From: Candidatus Aenigmatarchaeota archaeon | Lineage (GTDB): Archaea; Aenigmatarchaeota; Aenigmatarchaeia; CG10238-14; SpSt-28 | Reading direction: 5' to 3' | Assembly (NCBI GenBank): GCA_039000985.1 | Contig: JAWBMD010000007.1 | Span: 1 to 42,379 of the forward strand | Length of the DNA stretch: 42,379 nt | Part shown: in pieces, positions 19,368 through 28,302 of the stretch | Layout of the letters: each line of letters begins with the position of its first letter | Position numbering within the stretch: position 1 is the stretch's first letter | Program-made: the position numbers and the translations under genes | The notes under the pieces: generated by a model | Told to the model about the DNA's origin: nothing | What the model saw: only the letters and a program-made list of their open reading frames with translations | Database searches by the model: none

Positions 19368-20956
19368 AATTGGAGAAGTTAATAAGGGAATTGGAAAAAA
19401 TTAGAGGTAGGCATACTGAGCTAATTTCATTATATATTCCAGCTGGAGCAAACATACATGAAATATCCAATCAACTAATTCAAGAAAAGGGTACAGCCGA
19501 AAATATAAAATCAAAAACAACAAGAAGAAATGTTATAACAGCTTTAGAAAAAATTATTCAGCATTTAAAATTGTTTAAACAAACTCCACCAAACGGTTTG
19601 GTTATTTTTTGTGGAAATATTTCGCCAACAGAAGGTAAAGAGGATATAAGGCTTTGGAGTTTTGAGCCACCAGAACCATTAAGAGTAAAAAAGTATTGGT
19701 GTGATCAAGTTTTTGTTTTGGATTTTTTAAAGGAAATGATAGAAACAAAAGAAATTTATGGATTAATTGTTTTAGATGCTAGAGAAGCAAACATAGGAAT
19801 TTTAAAGGGAAAAGAGTTATCAATAATAAAAAATATTGATTCAAATGTTCCAAGCAAAAGTATTAAAGGTGGAATGTGCTTACACCCATCTACAATTGTT
19901 TTTGCTAAAAATGATTTTTTAGAAATAAAAGATTTAGTTGAAAAATCAAAAATACTTTCATTTTCTTTTAAAAGGAATGAAAAAGTTTTAGCAGAAGTAA
20001 AAGCAATATTTAAAAGATTTGTTGAAAAAGCAATAAAACTAACTTTAGAAAATAATACTCAAATAATAGCAACAGCTGAGCATAAAATATTTGTTTTTAA
20101 AAATGGTATTAAAGAAATAGCTTGTGAAAAAATTTCTTTTGGTGATTTAATTGTTTGTGAGAATGGTTTTTATAGGGTTGTTAAAAAAGAAATTGTTTTT
20201 GTTAATGACTGGTTTTATGATTTATATATACCAAAATATTGTAAGTATTTTGCAAATGGTATATTAGTACATAATTCTCAAATGAGATATGATAGGATAA
20301 GGGAGCAAGCAATTATAGAATTTTTAACTAAGGTTGGAGAAATTTCTTCCAAAATATTTCTAGAGCAAAAAAACTTAAAAGGAATAATAATAGGAGGACC
20401 AGGTTATGTTAAAGAAGATTTTGTAAAAGGGGATTACTTACATTATCAACTAAAGCAAAAAATAATTGGGGTAGAAAGTGTTAGCTATACTGGGGAATTT
20501 GGTTTAAAAGAGCTTGTTGAAAAAGCTAAAAATTTAATTAAGGAAACAGAATTAGCTAAGGAAAAGGAAATTGTTGGAATGTTTTTTTCTCTTTTGAAAA
20601 ATGAAAGCAAAAATGTTGTTTATGGTTTGGAAAATGTTTTAAAAGCTTTAGAATTAAATGCAATAGAAAAGCTTTTGATTTATGATGAACTTAAAATACT
20701 TGAGGAAAATTATGTTTGTAGTTGTGGGTATGAAAAAACTATAATTAGAGAATCTACTAAAATTTTTGAAGTTAAGTGCGATAAATGTAATGCTAAAATG
20801 AGCTTGAGAAATCAAAGAGATATAACTAAAGATATAATTTTAAAAGTAAAGGAAAAAAATGGAAATGTTTTTTACATATCTAATGAAAGTGAAGAGGGTA
20901 TTCAATTTGTTAATATAGCCGGAATAGGGGCTATTTTAAAATATCCTATAAATTAA
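19355..20956 (+). CDS. prf1: Peptide chain release factor aRF1 containing a mini-intein; GGQ motif reads GGM
   Basis: GRHTELISLYIP, NIKS, YWCDQVF, GGPG, C-terminal Zn ribbon, GIGAILKY. Confidence 0.95.
   Translation: MEAIELEKLIRELEKIRGRHTELISLYIPAGANIHEISNQLIQEKGTAENIKSKTTRRNVITALEKIIQHLKLFKQTPPNGLVIFCGNISPTEGKEDIRLWSFEPPEPLRVKKYWCDQVFVLDFLKEMIETKEIYGLIVLDAREANIGILKGKELSIIKNIDSNVPSKSIKGGMCLHPSTIVFAKNDFLEIKDLVEKSKILSFSFKRNEKVLAEVKAIFKRFVEKAIKLTLENNTQIIATAEHKIFVFKNGIKEIACEKISFGDLIVCENGFYRVVKKEIVFVNDWFYDLYIPKYCKYFANGILVHNSQMRYDRIREQAIIEFLTKVGEISSKIFLEQKNLKGIIIGGPGYVKEDFVKGDYLHYQLKQKIIGVESVSYTGEFGLKELVEKAKNLIKETELAKEKEIVGMFFSLLKNESKNVVYGLENVLKALELNAIEKLLIYDELKILEENYVCSCGYEKTIIRESTKIFEVKCDKCNAKMSLRNQRDITKDIILKVKEKNGNVFYISNESEEGIQFVNIAGIGAILKYPIN
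19877..20275 (+). mobile_element. Mini-intein (133 aa, no endonuclease) in aRF1
   Basis: Starts CLHPST, block B TAEHKIF, block F FYDL, ends ANGILVHN followed by Ser. Confidence 0.95.
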
Positions 20957-20960
20957 ATTT

Positions 20961-21101
20961 ATGAAGAGTAAGAGTTTGAAAAAAATAGTACTAGTATTTT
21001 TGATTTTAGTAATTATTTTGCTTTTAATAGATTTGGTTACTTCAAAAATTAATGGAAGTAGTTTAATCAATTTCTTTCCTTGTTTATCAAAGAATTGCTG
21101 A
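20961..21101 (+). CDS. Small single-TM hypothetical protein (46 aa), absent from the ORF track
   Basis: MKSKSLKKIVLVFLILVIILLLIDLVTSKINGSSLINFFPCLSKNC*; starts 4 nt after the aRF1 stop. Confidence 0.55.
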   Translation: MKSKSLKKIVLVFLILVIILLLIDLVTSKINGSSLINFFPCLSKNC

Positions 21102-22022
21102 AACAAATTTAATTGGTTTTATTTTTCCAATTCTAATAGGTTCTCTTAGAAAAACTAGCCTTTTTCTACTTCCAGCTACGCTACCTTTTAATATTATATA
21201 ATGGGTTTTTATTAAACCATAGTTTATTATTCCACCTTTTGGATTTATTTCATTACCATTTTCACCAATTTTTAATATTTGCTTATTATATTCTGTTCTT
21301 CTTTGGAATCCCATTTGACCAGCCATTGGAACAGTCCATCTAACTTTTCCAGGTCTTTCTTGACCAAGACTACCGACATGTCTCCTTTTTTTCTTAGCAT
21401 GTCTATTTTGTATTTTTACACCAAATCTTTTAACAGGACCTTGTGTGCCTTTACCTTTTGTTACAGCTATAACATCTACAAACTGACCTTCTCTAAAAAC
21501 ATTTTCTATTGTAATTTCTTTTCCCAATATAGATTTTGCATATTCAAAAATTTCATCTATATTATTTCCACCTATACCAATTTCAAATATTTCTGGTTTC
21601 TTTTTTCCTATGCCGGAAATTCTTGGTTGGGTACAGCAAATAGCTCTTATTGATGTTATTTTTGATAAATCAATCGAATTTAAGTATTGAGAATAATCTT
21701 TTGGTTTAATTCTAACTTTTCTATAAATATCTTTTGGCAAATTTTGAGTATAAACATCTTTAATTGCTTTTCCATTTGAATAAAATCTTAATCCAATTAC
21801 AATTAATGGTGGGCATTCTAATATTGTTGAAGGTATAGCTACTGGTTTATTATTTTTATCTAATGCTTTAACTGTACACATAGTAGCTTTATATCCAGCA
21901 AATGCCAAAAGCTTTATTTTATCTATTTTTGGGTAAGTTTTTATAACAGGGTAAATTCTTTTACTTCTTTTTCTTGGGTAAAAAGCAAGACTTCCTCTTC
22001 TAGGCTTTTTAATTTCTGGCAT
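21087..22022 (-). CDS. rpl3p: 50S ribosomal protein uL3
   Basis: PRRGSLAFYPRKR, GYKA, TKGKGTQGPVKRFG, AGQMGFQRRTEYNK; likely start is ATG 22022. Confidence 0.97.
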   Translation of the reverse strand: MPEIKKPRRGSLAFYPRKRSKRIYPVIKTYPKIDKIKLLAFAGYKATMCTVKALDKNNKPVAIPSTILECPPLIVIGLRFYSNGKAIKDVYTQNLPKDIYRKVRIKPKDYSQYLNSIDLSKITSIRAICCTQPRISGIGKKKPEIFEIGIGGNNIDEIFEYAKSILGKEITIENVFREGQFVDVIAVTKGKGTQGPVKRFGVKIQNRHAKKKRRHVGSLGQERPGKVRWTVPMAGQMGFQRRTEYNKQILKIGENGNEINPKGGIINYGLIKTHYIILKGSVAGSRKRLVFLREPIRIGKIKPIKFVSAIL

Positions 22023-22035
22023 AAAAATTAATTTT

Positions 22036-22356
22036 ATGGGTAAATATAAATTCAAATATAAGCAATCTTTTATAGAGAAAAACAAAATTTTATTAATTTC
22101 TATAATTTTTGCTCTTTTTATAATTTTACTAGTAAAATTAACTCCACCTAAAAAGGTTGAAATAAAGATAAATGAAACAGAAAGCGATATTTGCATGAAA
22201 AAGTTTTTAATTTATTGTAAAGTTTGGAAAGCTTTTTATTATAGTCAAAGCATGAAACCAGAAGGTGGTTGGGAAAACTATTCAAAAAATTATAATTGCA
22301 AAGGTTATGTAGATAGTGCAGAAAGCTGTGAAGAATTTCTTAAAAAGATTGAATAA
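22036..22356 (+). CDS. Hypothetical membrane-anchored protein with four Cys
   Basis: Single TM followed by a Cys-containing domain. Confidence 0.6.
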   Translation: MGKYKFKYKQSFIEKNKILLISIIFALFIILLVKLTPPKKVEIKINETESDICMKKFLIYCKVWKAFYYSQSMKPEGGWENYSKNYNCKGYVDSAESCEEFLKKIE

Positions 22357-22882
22357 GGATTTTTATGAAAGGGATACTGCTATTGTAGCTAAGGAATTAT
22401 TAGGTAAGGTTTTAGTTAGAAGGCTTGGAGAAAAAACATTAGCTGGAATTATTGTAGAAACAGAAGCGTATTATGATGAAAATGATCCTGCTTCTCGAGC
22501 TTATTTAGGTAGACCAAAGTATTGTGTAGAATTAATGAAGGGTGATGTAGGAAAATCTTTGGTTTATATGGTTCATGGAAATTGGTTGTTTAATGTTGTT
22601 GCTCATGCTAAAAACAAAACTGGAGCAGTTTTAATAAGGGCAATAGAACCAATTAATGGAATTAAAATTAAAACAAATGGTCCAGGAAAGCTTACAAAAG
22701 CTATGAAAATAACAAAAGAATTGAATGGGATTTCTTTAATTGATGGAAATGATATTTTTATTTGCTCTTTTAGTAATAAAAATAGTTTTGAAATTTGTTC
22801 TAGCTATAGAATAGGTGTAAAGAGAGATTTACCAATAAAGCTTAGATTTTTTATTAAGGGAAATAAATTTGTTTCTAAATAG
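22316..22882 (+). CDS. mpg: 3-methyladenine DNA glycosylase (MPG/AAG family); start may be GTG 22328
   Basis: VAKELLGKVLV, IVETEAY, DPASRAY, AVLIRAIEP, NGPGKLTKA, RIGV. Confidence 0.92.
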   Translation: MQKAVKNFLKRLNKDFYERDTAIVAKELLGKVLVRRLGEKTLAGIIVETEAYYDENDPASRAYLGRPKYCVELMKGDVGKSLVYMVHGNWLFNVVAHAKNKTGAVLIRAIEPINGIKIKTNGPGKLTKAMKITKELNGISLIDGNDIFICSFSNKNSFEICSSYRIGVKRDLPIKLRFFIKGNKFVSK

Positions 22883-22923
22883 TTAAAAGCAAATTTATAT
22901 ATTTATACCATACTACATTTACC

Positions 22924-23622
22924 ATGAAAGCTAAAATATCATTGTTTCTAATAGCAGTACTAATGTTTTCAGTAGTTTTACCAATTGCTGATAGTTCTAA
23001 AGAGTCCTTAGAAAAAATAGAGTTCATTCATTGGAAGAAAGGAGCTGTCAAAGGACAAGCTAAATCACCATCAAATACATGTTACAAGTTTCTAACACCA
23101 ACAAAAGTTAGATGGAAAATATTACCAGTTAATTATGTAATAAATCCAATAAATCCACAAGGTTTATCTACAGATTTTATAGGACAAGCTATTCTAACAT
23201 CTGCCGAAACATGGGATACTGTTACTAGTAAAGAATTGACATCAAATACATATGAAATTGATTACACTGCAAGCTATGGAGTTCAAGACTATAAAAATTC
23301 TATAGTTTTTGGAAATTATCCAACTGAAAATGTTATAGCAGTAACAACAGTATGGTATATTCCATCAACAAAAGAAGTAGTAGAGTTCGATATGATGTTC
23401 GATACAGACTGGGTTTGGGGAGACGCTACTTTTGATCCAACAGTAATGGATTTACAAAATATAGCTACACATGAATTTGGCCATGCCTTTGGTTTAGGTG
23501 ATGTTTATTCATCGAGTTGTACAGAGGTAACTATGTATGGATACTCAGATTATGGGGAAACAAAGAAGAGAACATTAGAATTACCAGATATTACAGGACT
23601 ACAAATACTTTATGGTCAATAA
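22924..23622 (+). CDS. Secreted matrixin-like (metzincin) metalloprotease
   Basis: Signal peptide, DLQNIATHEFGHAFGLGD, Met-turn VTMYG. Confidence 0.85.
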   Translation: MKAKISLFLIAVLMFSVVLPIADSSKESLEKIEFIHWKKGAVKGQAKSPSNTCYKFLTPTKVRWKILPVNYVINPINPQGLSTDFIGQAILTSAETWDTVTSKELTSNTYEIDYTASYGVQDYKNSIVFGNYPTENVIAVTTVWYIPSTKEVVEFDMMFDTDWVWGDATFDPTVMDLQNIATHEFGHAFGLGDVYSSSCTEVTMYGYSDYGETKKRTLELPDITGLQILYGQ

Positions 23623-23629
23623 ACCTAAA

Positions 23630-23647
23630 CTTTCTTTTTCTTTTTTT
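23630..23647 (+). terminator. Oligo-T archaeal terminator candidate
   Basis: T-rich tract just after the metalloprotease stop. Confidence 0.45.
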
Positions 23648-23718
23648 AATACATAAAATAGAGAGCTTTGTTTTATATTTAAATGGTTTATTTTAGGTAA
23701 TTTAATTTTTATAACAAG

Positions 23719-23791
23719 TGGGGGCGCTGGGATTTGAACCCAGATTGCTGGCGCCCAAAGCCAGTGTCCTACCAAGTTAGACTACGCCCCC
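23719..23791 (-). tRNA. tRNA-Pro(TGG)
   Basis: GGGGGCG/CGCCCCC acceptor stem, CTGGC-TTTGGGC-GCCAG, GGTTCAAATCC. Confidence 0.95.
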
Positions 23792-23824
23792 ATTTAAATC
23801 AATTTTATTTAAAAAAATTATTAT

Positions 23825-26800
23825 ATGAGCGAGAAGAAGTCAATGATTGATAGAATTAAGGAAGTTATGTATGACCCAAAAAGAATAAGAAATGTAGCTA
23901 CTTCTTCACATGTTCATCATGGGAAATGTGTCAGTAGGGATGCTTTAATATTTTTGGAAAAAGAAACGATGACTGCTGAAAACTTATTTAATATATTAAA
24001 GAATAAAGGAAGATTAATGATAAAAAATGAAATCGAAGAAGTATATGAAATTTCAGATGAGCTATATGCTTTAACTTATAACAATGGTTCTATTTCTAAA
24101 AGCAAATTAACACACATTTGGAAAATAAAAAATGATGATATACTAATAGAAATAAAAGTAAAGGATGGTAGAAGAGTTAAGGTTACTCCAGAACATAAGT
24201 TTATTGTTTTGAAAAATGGTGAAATTATTGAGGTTGAAGCAAGAAATTTGAAAATTGGAGAGAAATTAATTCTTCCAGCAATAATACCAAACTGCTCAAT
24301 GAATTTAGATATAATAAAAGAAAAATTTTTGGAAAAATTATCAGAAGATTATAATTTCTTGGCTTATTTGCTTCCAGACTTTGGAAAAGTTTTGCATCAA
24401 AAAATAATTAAGTATGGTATGAAAACTGTATGGGAAAAAATAGGTTCTAAAATTTCCATGCTTTCTTTTTATCATTGTGTTAGGAAAAATAGATATAGAT
24501 TAACTGATTTAGTAAAAATTGCTAAGCTTTTTGTAATAAAACTTGATTATGTTTACAATAACATTGCATATTTATCTTATAGAAAAAGTTTAAAGAGATT
24601 AAGCAAAATTAAGTTACCAAAAAGTGAAGAGGAATTTGAAGAATTTTTTTACTTATTGGGTTTACTGTTGAAAGAAAGGAGTGTTAATTCTACTAAAGAA
24701 ATTTCCAAAAAAGTATTAGGAATTACATTTTCTTTAAGGAATAGTTGGCTTTTATTAAATAAGCTTTTTGGTTATTCGATAAAAGCAAAAGCAAGAAATT
24801 TGAAAGTCCCAACAATTTTTTTCAATTTACCTAAAAATTTTGTTTTAAATTTTATTAAAGGATATTTTGATACAAAGTTTAGTATTTCTTCTAAAAATGA
24901 AAAAGTTTTAGAAGAACTTCAATTATTATTGTTAAGGTTTGGTTGTCTTTCATATATAGAAAAAGATACTAAGTTTAATGAATATTCTCTAAATATTTCT
25001 GGAAGAAAAGATTTAGAAAAATTTTTGAATTTTATAAGCTTTGATACTGAATATAAACAAAAAGACTTGTTAAAATTATATGAAAATGCAAGTATTAGTA
25101 AAGTTTTTAACTTAAATTCTTTTATTCAAATTTCAGAAAGTCCTATAATTGCTTTGGAAATTTCAGAAATTAGAAAAGTTAAAAATGAAAAATATGTTTA
25201 TGATTTTACTGTAGAAGAAACACATAATTTCATTGCAAATGGAATTTTTGTTCACAACACAACTCTTACAGATAATTTAATGGCAGGTGCAGGTATGTTA
25301 GCTGAGGAAATGGCAGGGAAAGTTATGTTTACTTGGTTTGATGAGCAAGAGAGAAAAAGAGAATTAACAATTTATGGTGCTAATGTTAGTATGGTTCATG
25401 AGTATGAAGGAAAAGATTATTTAATAAATTTAGTAGATACTCCAGGTCATGTTGATTTTGGTGGTGATGTTACTAGAGCAATGAGAGCTGTTGATGGAAC
25501 TATTGTTTTAGTTGATGCTGTTGAAGGTATAATGCCACAAACAGAAACTGTTTTTAGACAAGCTTTAAGAGAAAGAGTTAAACCAATTTTGTTTATTAAT
25601 AAAACAGATAGATTAATAAAAGAATTAAAAGTTAGTCCTCAACAAATGATGGAAAGATTGGAGAAAATAATTAAGGATGTAAATATTTTAATTCAAAGAT
25701 TTGCTGAGGAGCCATTTAATAAAGAATGGTTAGTTAGTGTACAGGATGGAAGTGTAGCTATAGGTTCTGCTTATAGAAGGTGGGCAATATCATTACCATA
25801 TTTGCAAAAAACAGGAATAACATTAAAAGAAATAATGCAATTATCTAGTGAAGGAAGGGATGATGAATTAGCAAAATTAGCTCCTTTACATAGAGTTGTA
25901 TTGGATATGATAATAAAGCATTTGCCAGATCCTTTGGAAGCTATAAAATATAGATTGGAAAAAATTTGGAAAGGTGATTTAAATAGTGAAATAGCAAAAG
26001 ATATGCTTGAATGTAATCCAAACGGTAGATTAGCTATAATAATAACTAAAATGATACCAGATCCACATGTTGGTTTTGTAGCTACTGGAAGAATATTTTC
26101 TGGAAAAGTTTATAAGGGAAAAGACGTTTATTTATTAACTTCAAAAAAGCAAGAAAAGATTCAACAAGTTGCTATATTTAAAGGAATTCAAAGAATTCCT
26201 GTAGATGAAGTAGTTGCTGGAAATATAGTTGCTATCGTCGGTATACCTCAAGCTTTTACAGGAGAAACTGTTTGCGAACCAGATAAAATTATAGAACCAT
26301 TTGTAGAAATTAGACATTTATTTGAACCAGTTGTTACAAAATCTGTAGAACCAAAAAATCCAATGGATTTGACAAGGGTTGTGGAAGCTTTAAAGCAAAT
26401 AGCAAGAGAAGATCCTACTTTAGTTGTTAAAATAAATCCAGAAACAGGAGAATATTTAGTTTCCGGTATGGGTGAATTACATTTGGAAGCTAAAGTTGAA
26501 AATAAGTTAAAAGAAATGGGTTTAGATGTTGTTATGTCACCACCAATTGTTGTTTATAGAGAAACTGTTGAAAATACTTCCTCTGTAGTAGAGTCTAAAA
26601 CTCCTAATAAGCATAATAGACTTTATTTTATTGTTGAACCATTGGAAGATAAATTATATGAAGCACTTATTAAAGGAGAAATTCCTGAGATTGATCCAAG
26701 AGAAAAGGATATAAAGCTTTTCAAAAAGATTTCTGAATATGGAATACCATATGATACAGCGAAAAAAATAGTTTCAATTTATAATAAATGTGTTTTAATT

Positions 26801-27349
26801 GAAGAGACTAGAGGTCAACTATTTGTTAGAGAAATTATAGAAATGGTTAAAGATGCTTTTAAAGAAGTTTGTGATGATGGTCCGTTAGCTAGAGAACCAT
26901 TAATGAAAGTTAAAGTTAGACTTGTTGATTGTGATTTACATGAAGACTCAATACATAGAGGGCCAGGTCAAATAATGCCGGCAACAAAATATGGAATAAG
27001 ACAAGCAATGTTAAAAGCTGGAGTAGTTTTAATGGAGCCAAAACAAATTTTAAGAATAGATGCACCTTCAGAATATATTAGTGAGATTGTTAGAGAAATA
27101 GAGAATAGAAGAGGTAGTTTGTTAGATATGAAAGAAGAAGCTGGAGCAACACAAATAATTGCTAAAATACCAGTTAGTGAAATCTTTGGATTTGATGCAA
27201 AACTTAAATCCATAACTAGTGGAAGAGGATTTTACAGTTTAATTGAAAATGTTTTTGAAAAGATTTCGACTGATTTAAGAGACGCAATAGTAAAATCAAT
27301 AAGAAAAAGAAAAGGTTTACCAGAAGAAATTCCCAAGCCTGAAGTTTGA
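23825..27349 (+). CDS. fusA: Translation elongation factor aEF-2 containing an intein
   Basis: HHGK/TT split P-loop, DTPGHVDFGG, NKTD, GMGELHLE, HRGPGQ diphthamide loop. Confidence 0.97.
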   Translation: MSEKKSMIDRIKEVMYDPKRIRNVATSSHVHHGKCVSRDALIFLEKETMTAENLFNILKNKGRLMIKNEIEEVYEISDELYALTYNNGSISKSKLTHIWKIKNDDILIEIKVKDGRRVKVTPEHKFIVLKNGEIIEVEARNLKIGEKLILPAIIPNCSMNLDIIKEKFLEKLSEDYNFLAYLLPDFGKVLHQKIIKYGMKTVWEKIGSKISMLSFYHCVRKNRYRLTDLVKIAKLFVIKLDYVYNNIAYLSYRKSLKRLSKIKLPKSEEEFEEFFYLLGLLLKERSVNSTKEISKKVLGITFSLRNSWLLLNKLFGYSIKAKARNLKVPTIFFNLPKNFVLNFIKGYFDTKFSISSKNEKVLEELQLLLLRFGCLSYIEKDTKFNEYSLNISGRKDLEKFLNFISFDTEYKQKDLLKLYENASISKVFNLNSFIQISESPIIALEISEIRKVKNEKYVYDFTVEETHNFIANGIFVHNTTLTDNLMAGAGMLAEEMAGKVMFTWFDEQERKRELTIYGANVSMVHEYEGKDYLINLVDTPGHVDFGGDVTRAMRAVDGTIVLVDAVEGIMPQTETVFRQALRERVKPILFINKTDRLIKELKVSPQQMMERLEKIIKDVNILIQRFAEEPFNKEWLVSVQDGSVAIGSAYRRWAISLPYLQKTGITLKEIMQLSSEGRDDELAKLAPLHRVVLDMIIKHLPDPLEAIKYRLEKIWKGDLNSEIAKDMLECNPNGRLAIIITKMIPDPHVGFVATGRIFSGKVYKGKDVYLLTSKKQEKIQQVAIFKGIQRIPVDEVVAGNIVAIVGIPQAFTGETVCEPDKIIEPFVEIRHLFEPVVTKSVEPKNPMDLTRVVEALKQIAREDPTLVVKINPETGEYLVSGMGELHLEAKVENKLKEMGLDVVMSPPIVVYRETVENTSSVVESKTPNKHNRLYFIVEPLEDKLYEALIKGEIPEIDPREKDIKLFKKISEYGIPYDTAKKIVSIYNKCVLIEETRGQLFVREIIEMVKDAFKEVCDDGPLAREPLMKVKVRLVDCDLHEDSIHRGPGQIMPATKYGIRQAMLKAGVVLMEPKQILRIDAPSEYISEIVREIENRRGSLLDMKEEAGATQIIAKIPVSEIFGFDAKLKSITSGRGFYSLIENVFEKISTDLRDAIVKSIRKRKGLPEEIPKPEV
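23927..25258 (+). mobile_element. Intein (444 aa) in the aEF-2 P-loop, with a degenerate LAGLIDADG endonuclease
   Basis: CVSRD..., VTPEHKF, VYDFTVEETHNFIANGIFVHN/T; eroded blocks YLLGLLLKERS and FIKGYFDTKF. Confidence 0.93.
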
Positions 27350-28302
27350 TAGAATTTTTGTTTAAAGATATTGTTGATAAATTTAAAAAAGAGGAAGAAA
27401 AGTTAAATGAGATTTGTAATAAAATAGTTAAAAGCTTACCCGTAAAGAAAAAAATAGATATTAGCTTAAATGAATTTTCTATTTGTGCTGTTGATAGTGG
27501 TTATACAAAAAAACTTTTACATGTTATAGATGTTTCAATTATTAAAGTTGCTTCTGTTTTTATGAAATATGAAAACGATAAACTTGTTTATTTTAAAAAA
27601 TATCCTGATAACATAAAAGAGGAGATTTTTTGTTTTAAAACTTTTAGCGAATTGGAGTTAAATAAAAAATTAAATGAAAAAAGATGGCTAAAAGAAGTTA
27701 AGTTAGCAGAGGAAGCATGTAAATTATTTAAACCAGATTTTTTATTTTTGGATGGTCCATTACTAAATATACATGTTTCAAAAAAATGTGAAAAAGAAGT
27801 GTTCGAAACATTTTCCTCATTAATCAATGAAATAAAAAATTTAGTAATTATTGGTGTTGTCGAAGATAGCAGAAGTACAGCTTTATGTACAAACTTAGCA
27901 AGCTTAGACTTTTTAACAAATGAGGAAAGAATTATTATAGATAAAACTATAGATACAAATTTGGCATATCATCTTTTAAATTTTCAAGAAAGAACAATAT
28001 CCTTTTTCATCGATAAAAACATATATTTTTTCTATTTAAGAAATTCTAAATTGGATAGACCATTGAGGGTAGAAATTTTTTCAAATGGTAAAGATATAGA
28101 AAATATTGCAGATAAAGTTTCTTATGTATTAATAAAAACAGCTTTTAGCGAAACTTATCCATTTCCAGTTTCAATAATAGAAGCAGATTTAGCTTCTAGG
28201 GTTAATGAAAATGCTATCGATGAGATTTATGAAAAGTTTAAAGCTTACTTAGAAAGTTTACCGTCTTTACTAAAACTAAGAAGAAATTCCAGACCTTTTT
28301 AA
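27346..28302 (+). CDS. nurA: NurA-family nuclease
   Basis: CAVDSG, FLDGPL, IGVVEDSRS, YPFP..IEAD, C-terminal RR..RPF. Confidence 0.85.
   Translation: MIEFLFKDIVDKFKKEEEKLNEICNKIVKSLPVKKKIDISLNEFSICAVDSGYTKKLLHVIDVSIIKVASVFMKYENDKLVYFKKYPDNIKEEIFCFKTFSELELNKKLNEKRWLKEVKLAEEACKLFKPDFLFLDGPLLNIHVSKKCEKEVFETFSSLINEIKNLVIIGVVEDSRSTALCTNLASLDFLTNEERIIIDKTIDTNLAYHLLNFQERTISFFIDKNIYFFYLRNSKLDRPLRVEIFSNGKDIENIADKVSYVLIKTAFSETYPFPVSIIEADLASRVNENAIDEIYEKFKAYLESLPSLLKLRRNSRPF

Noticed and set aside
22023..22196. 58-aa N-terminal extension of uL3
   Set aside because: It overlaps the divergent gene; the conserved uL3 sequence starts at ATG 22022.
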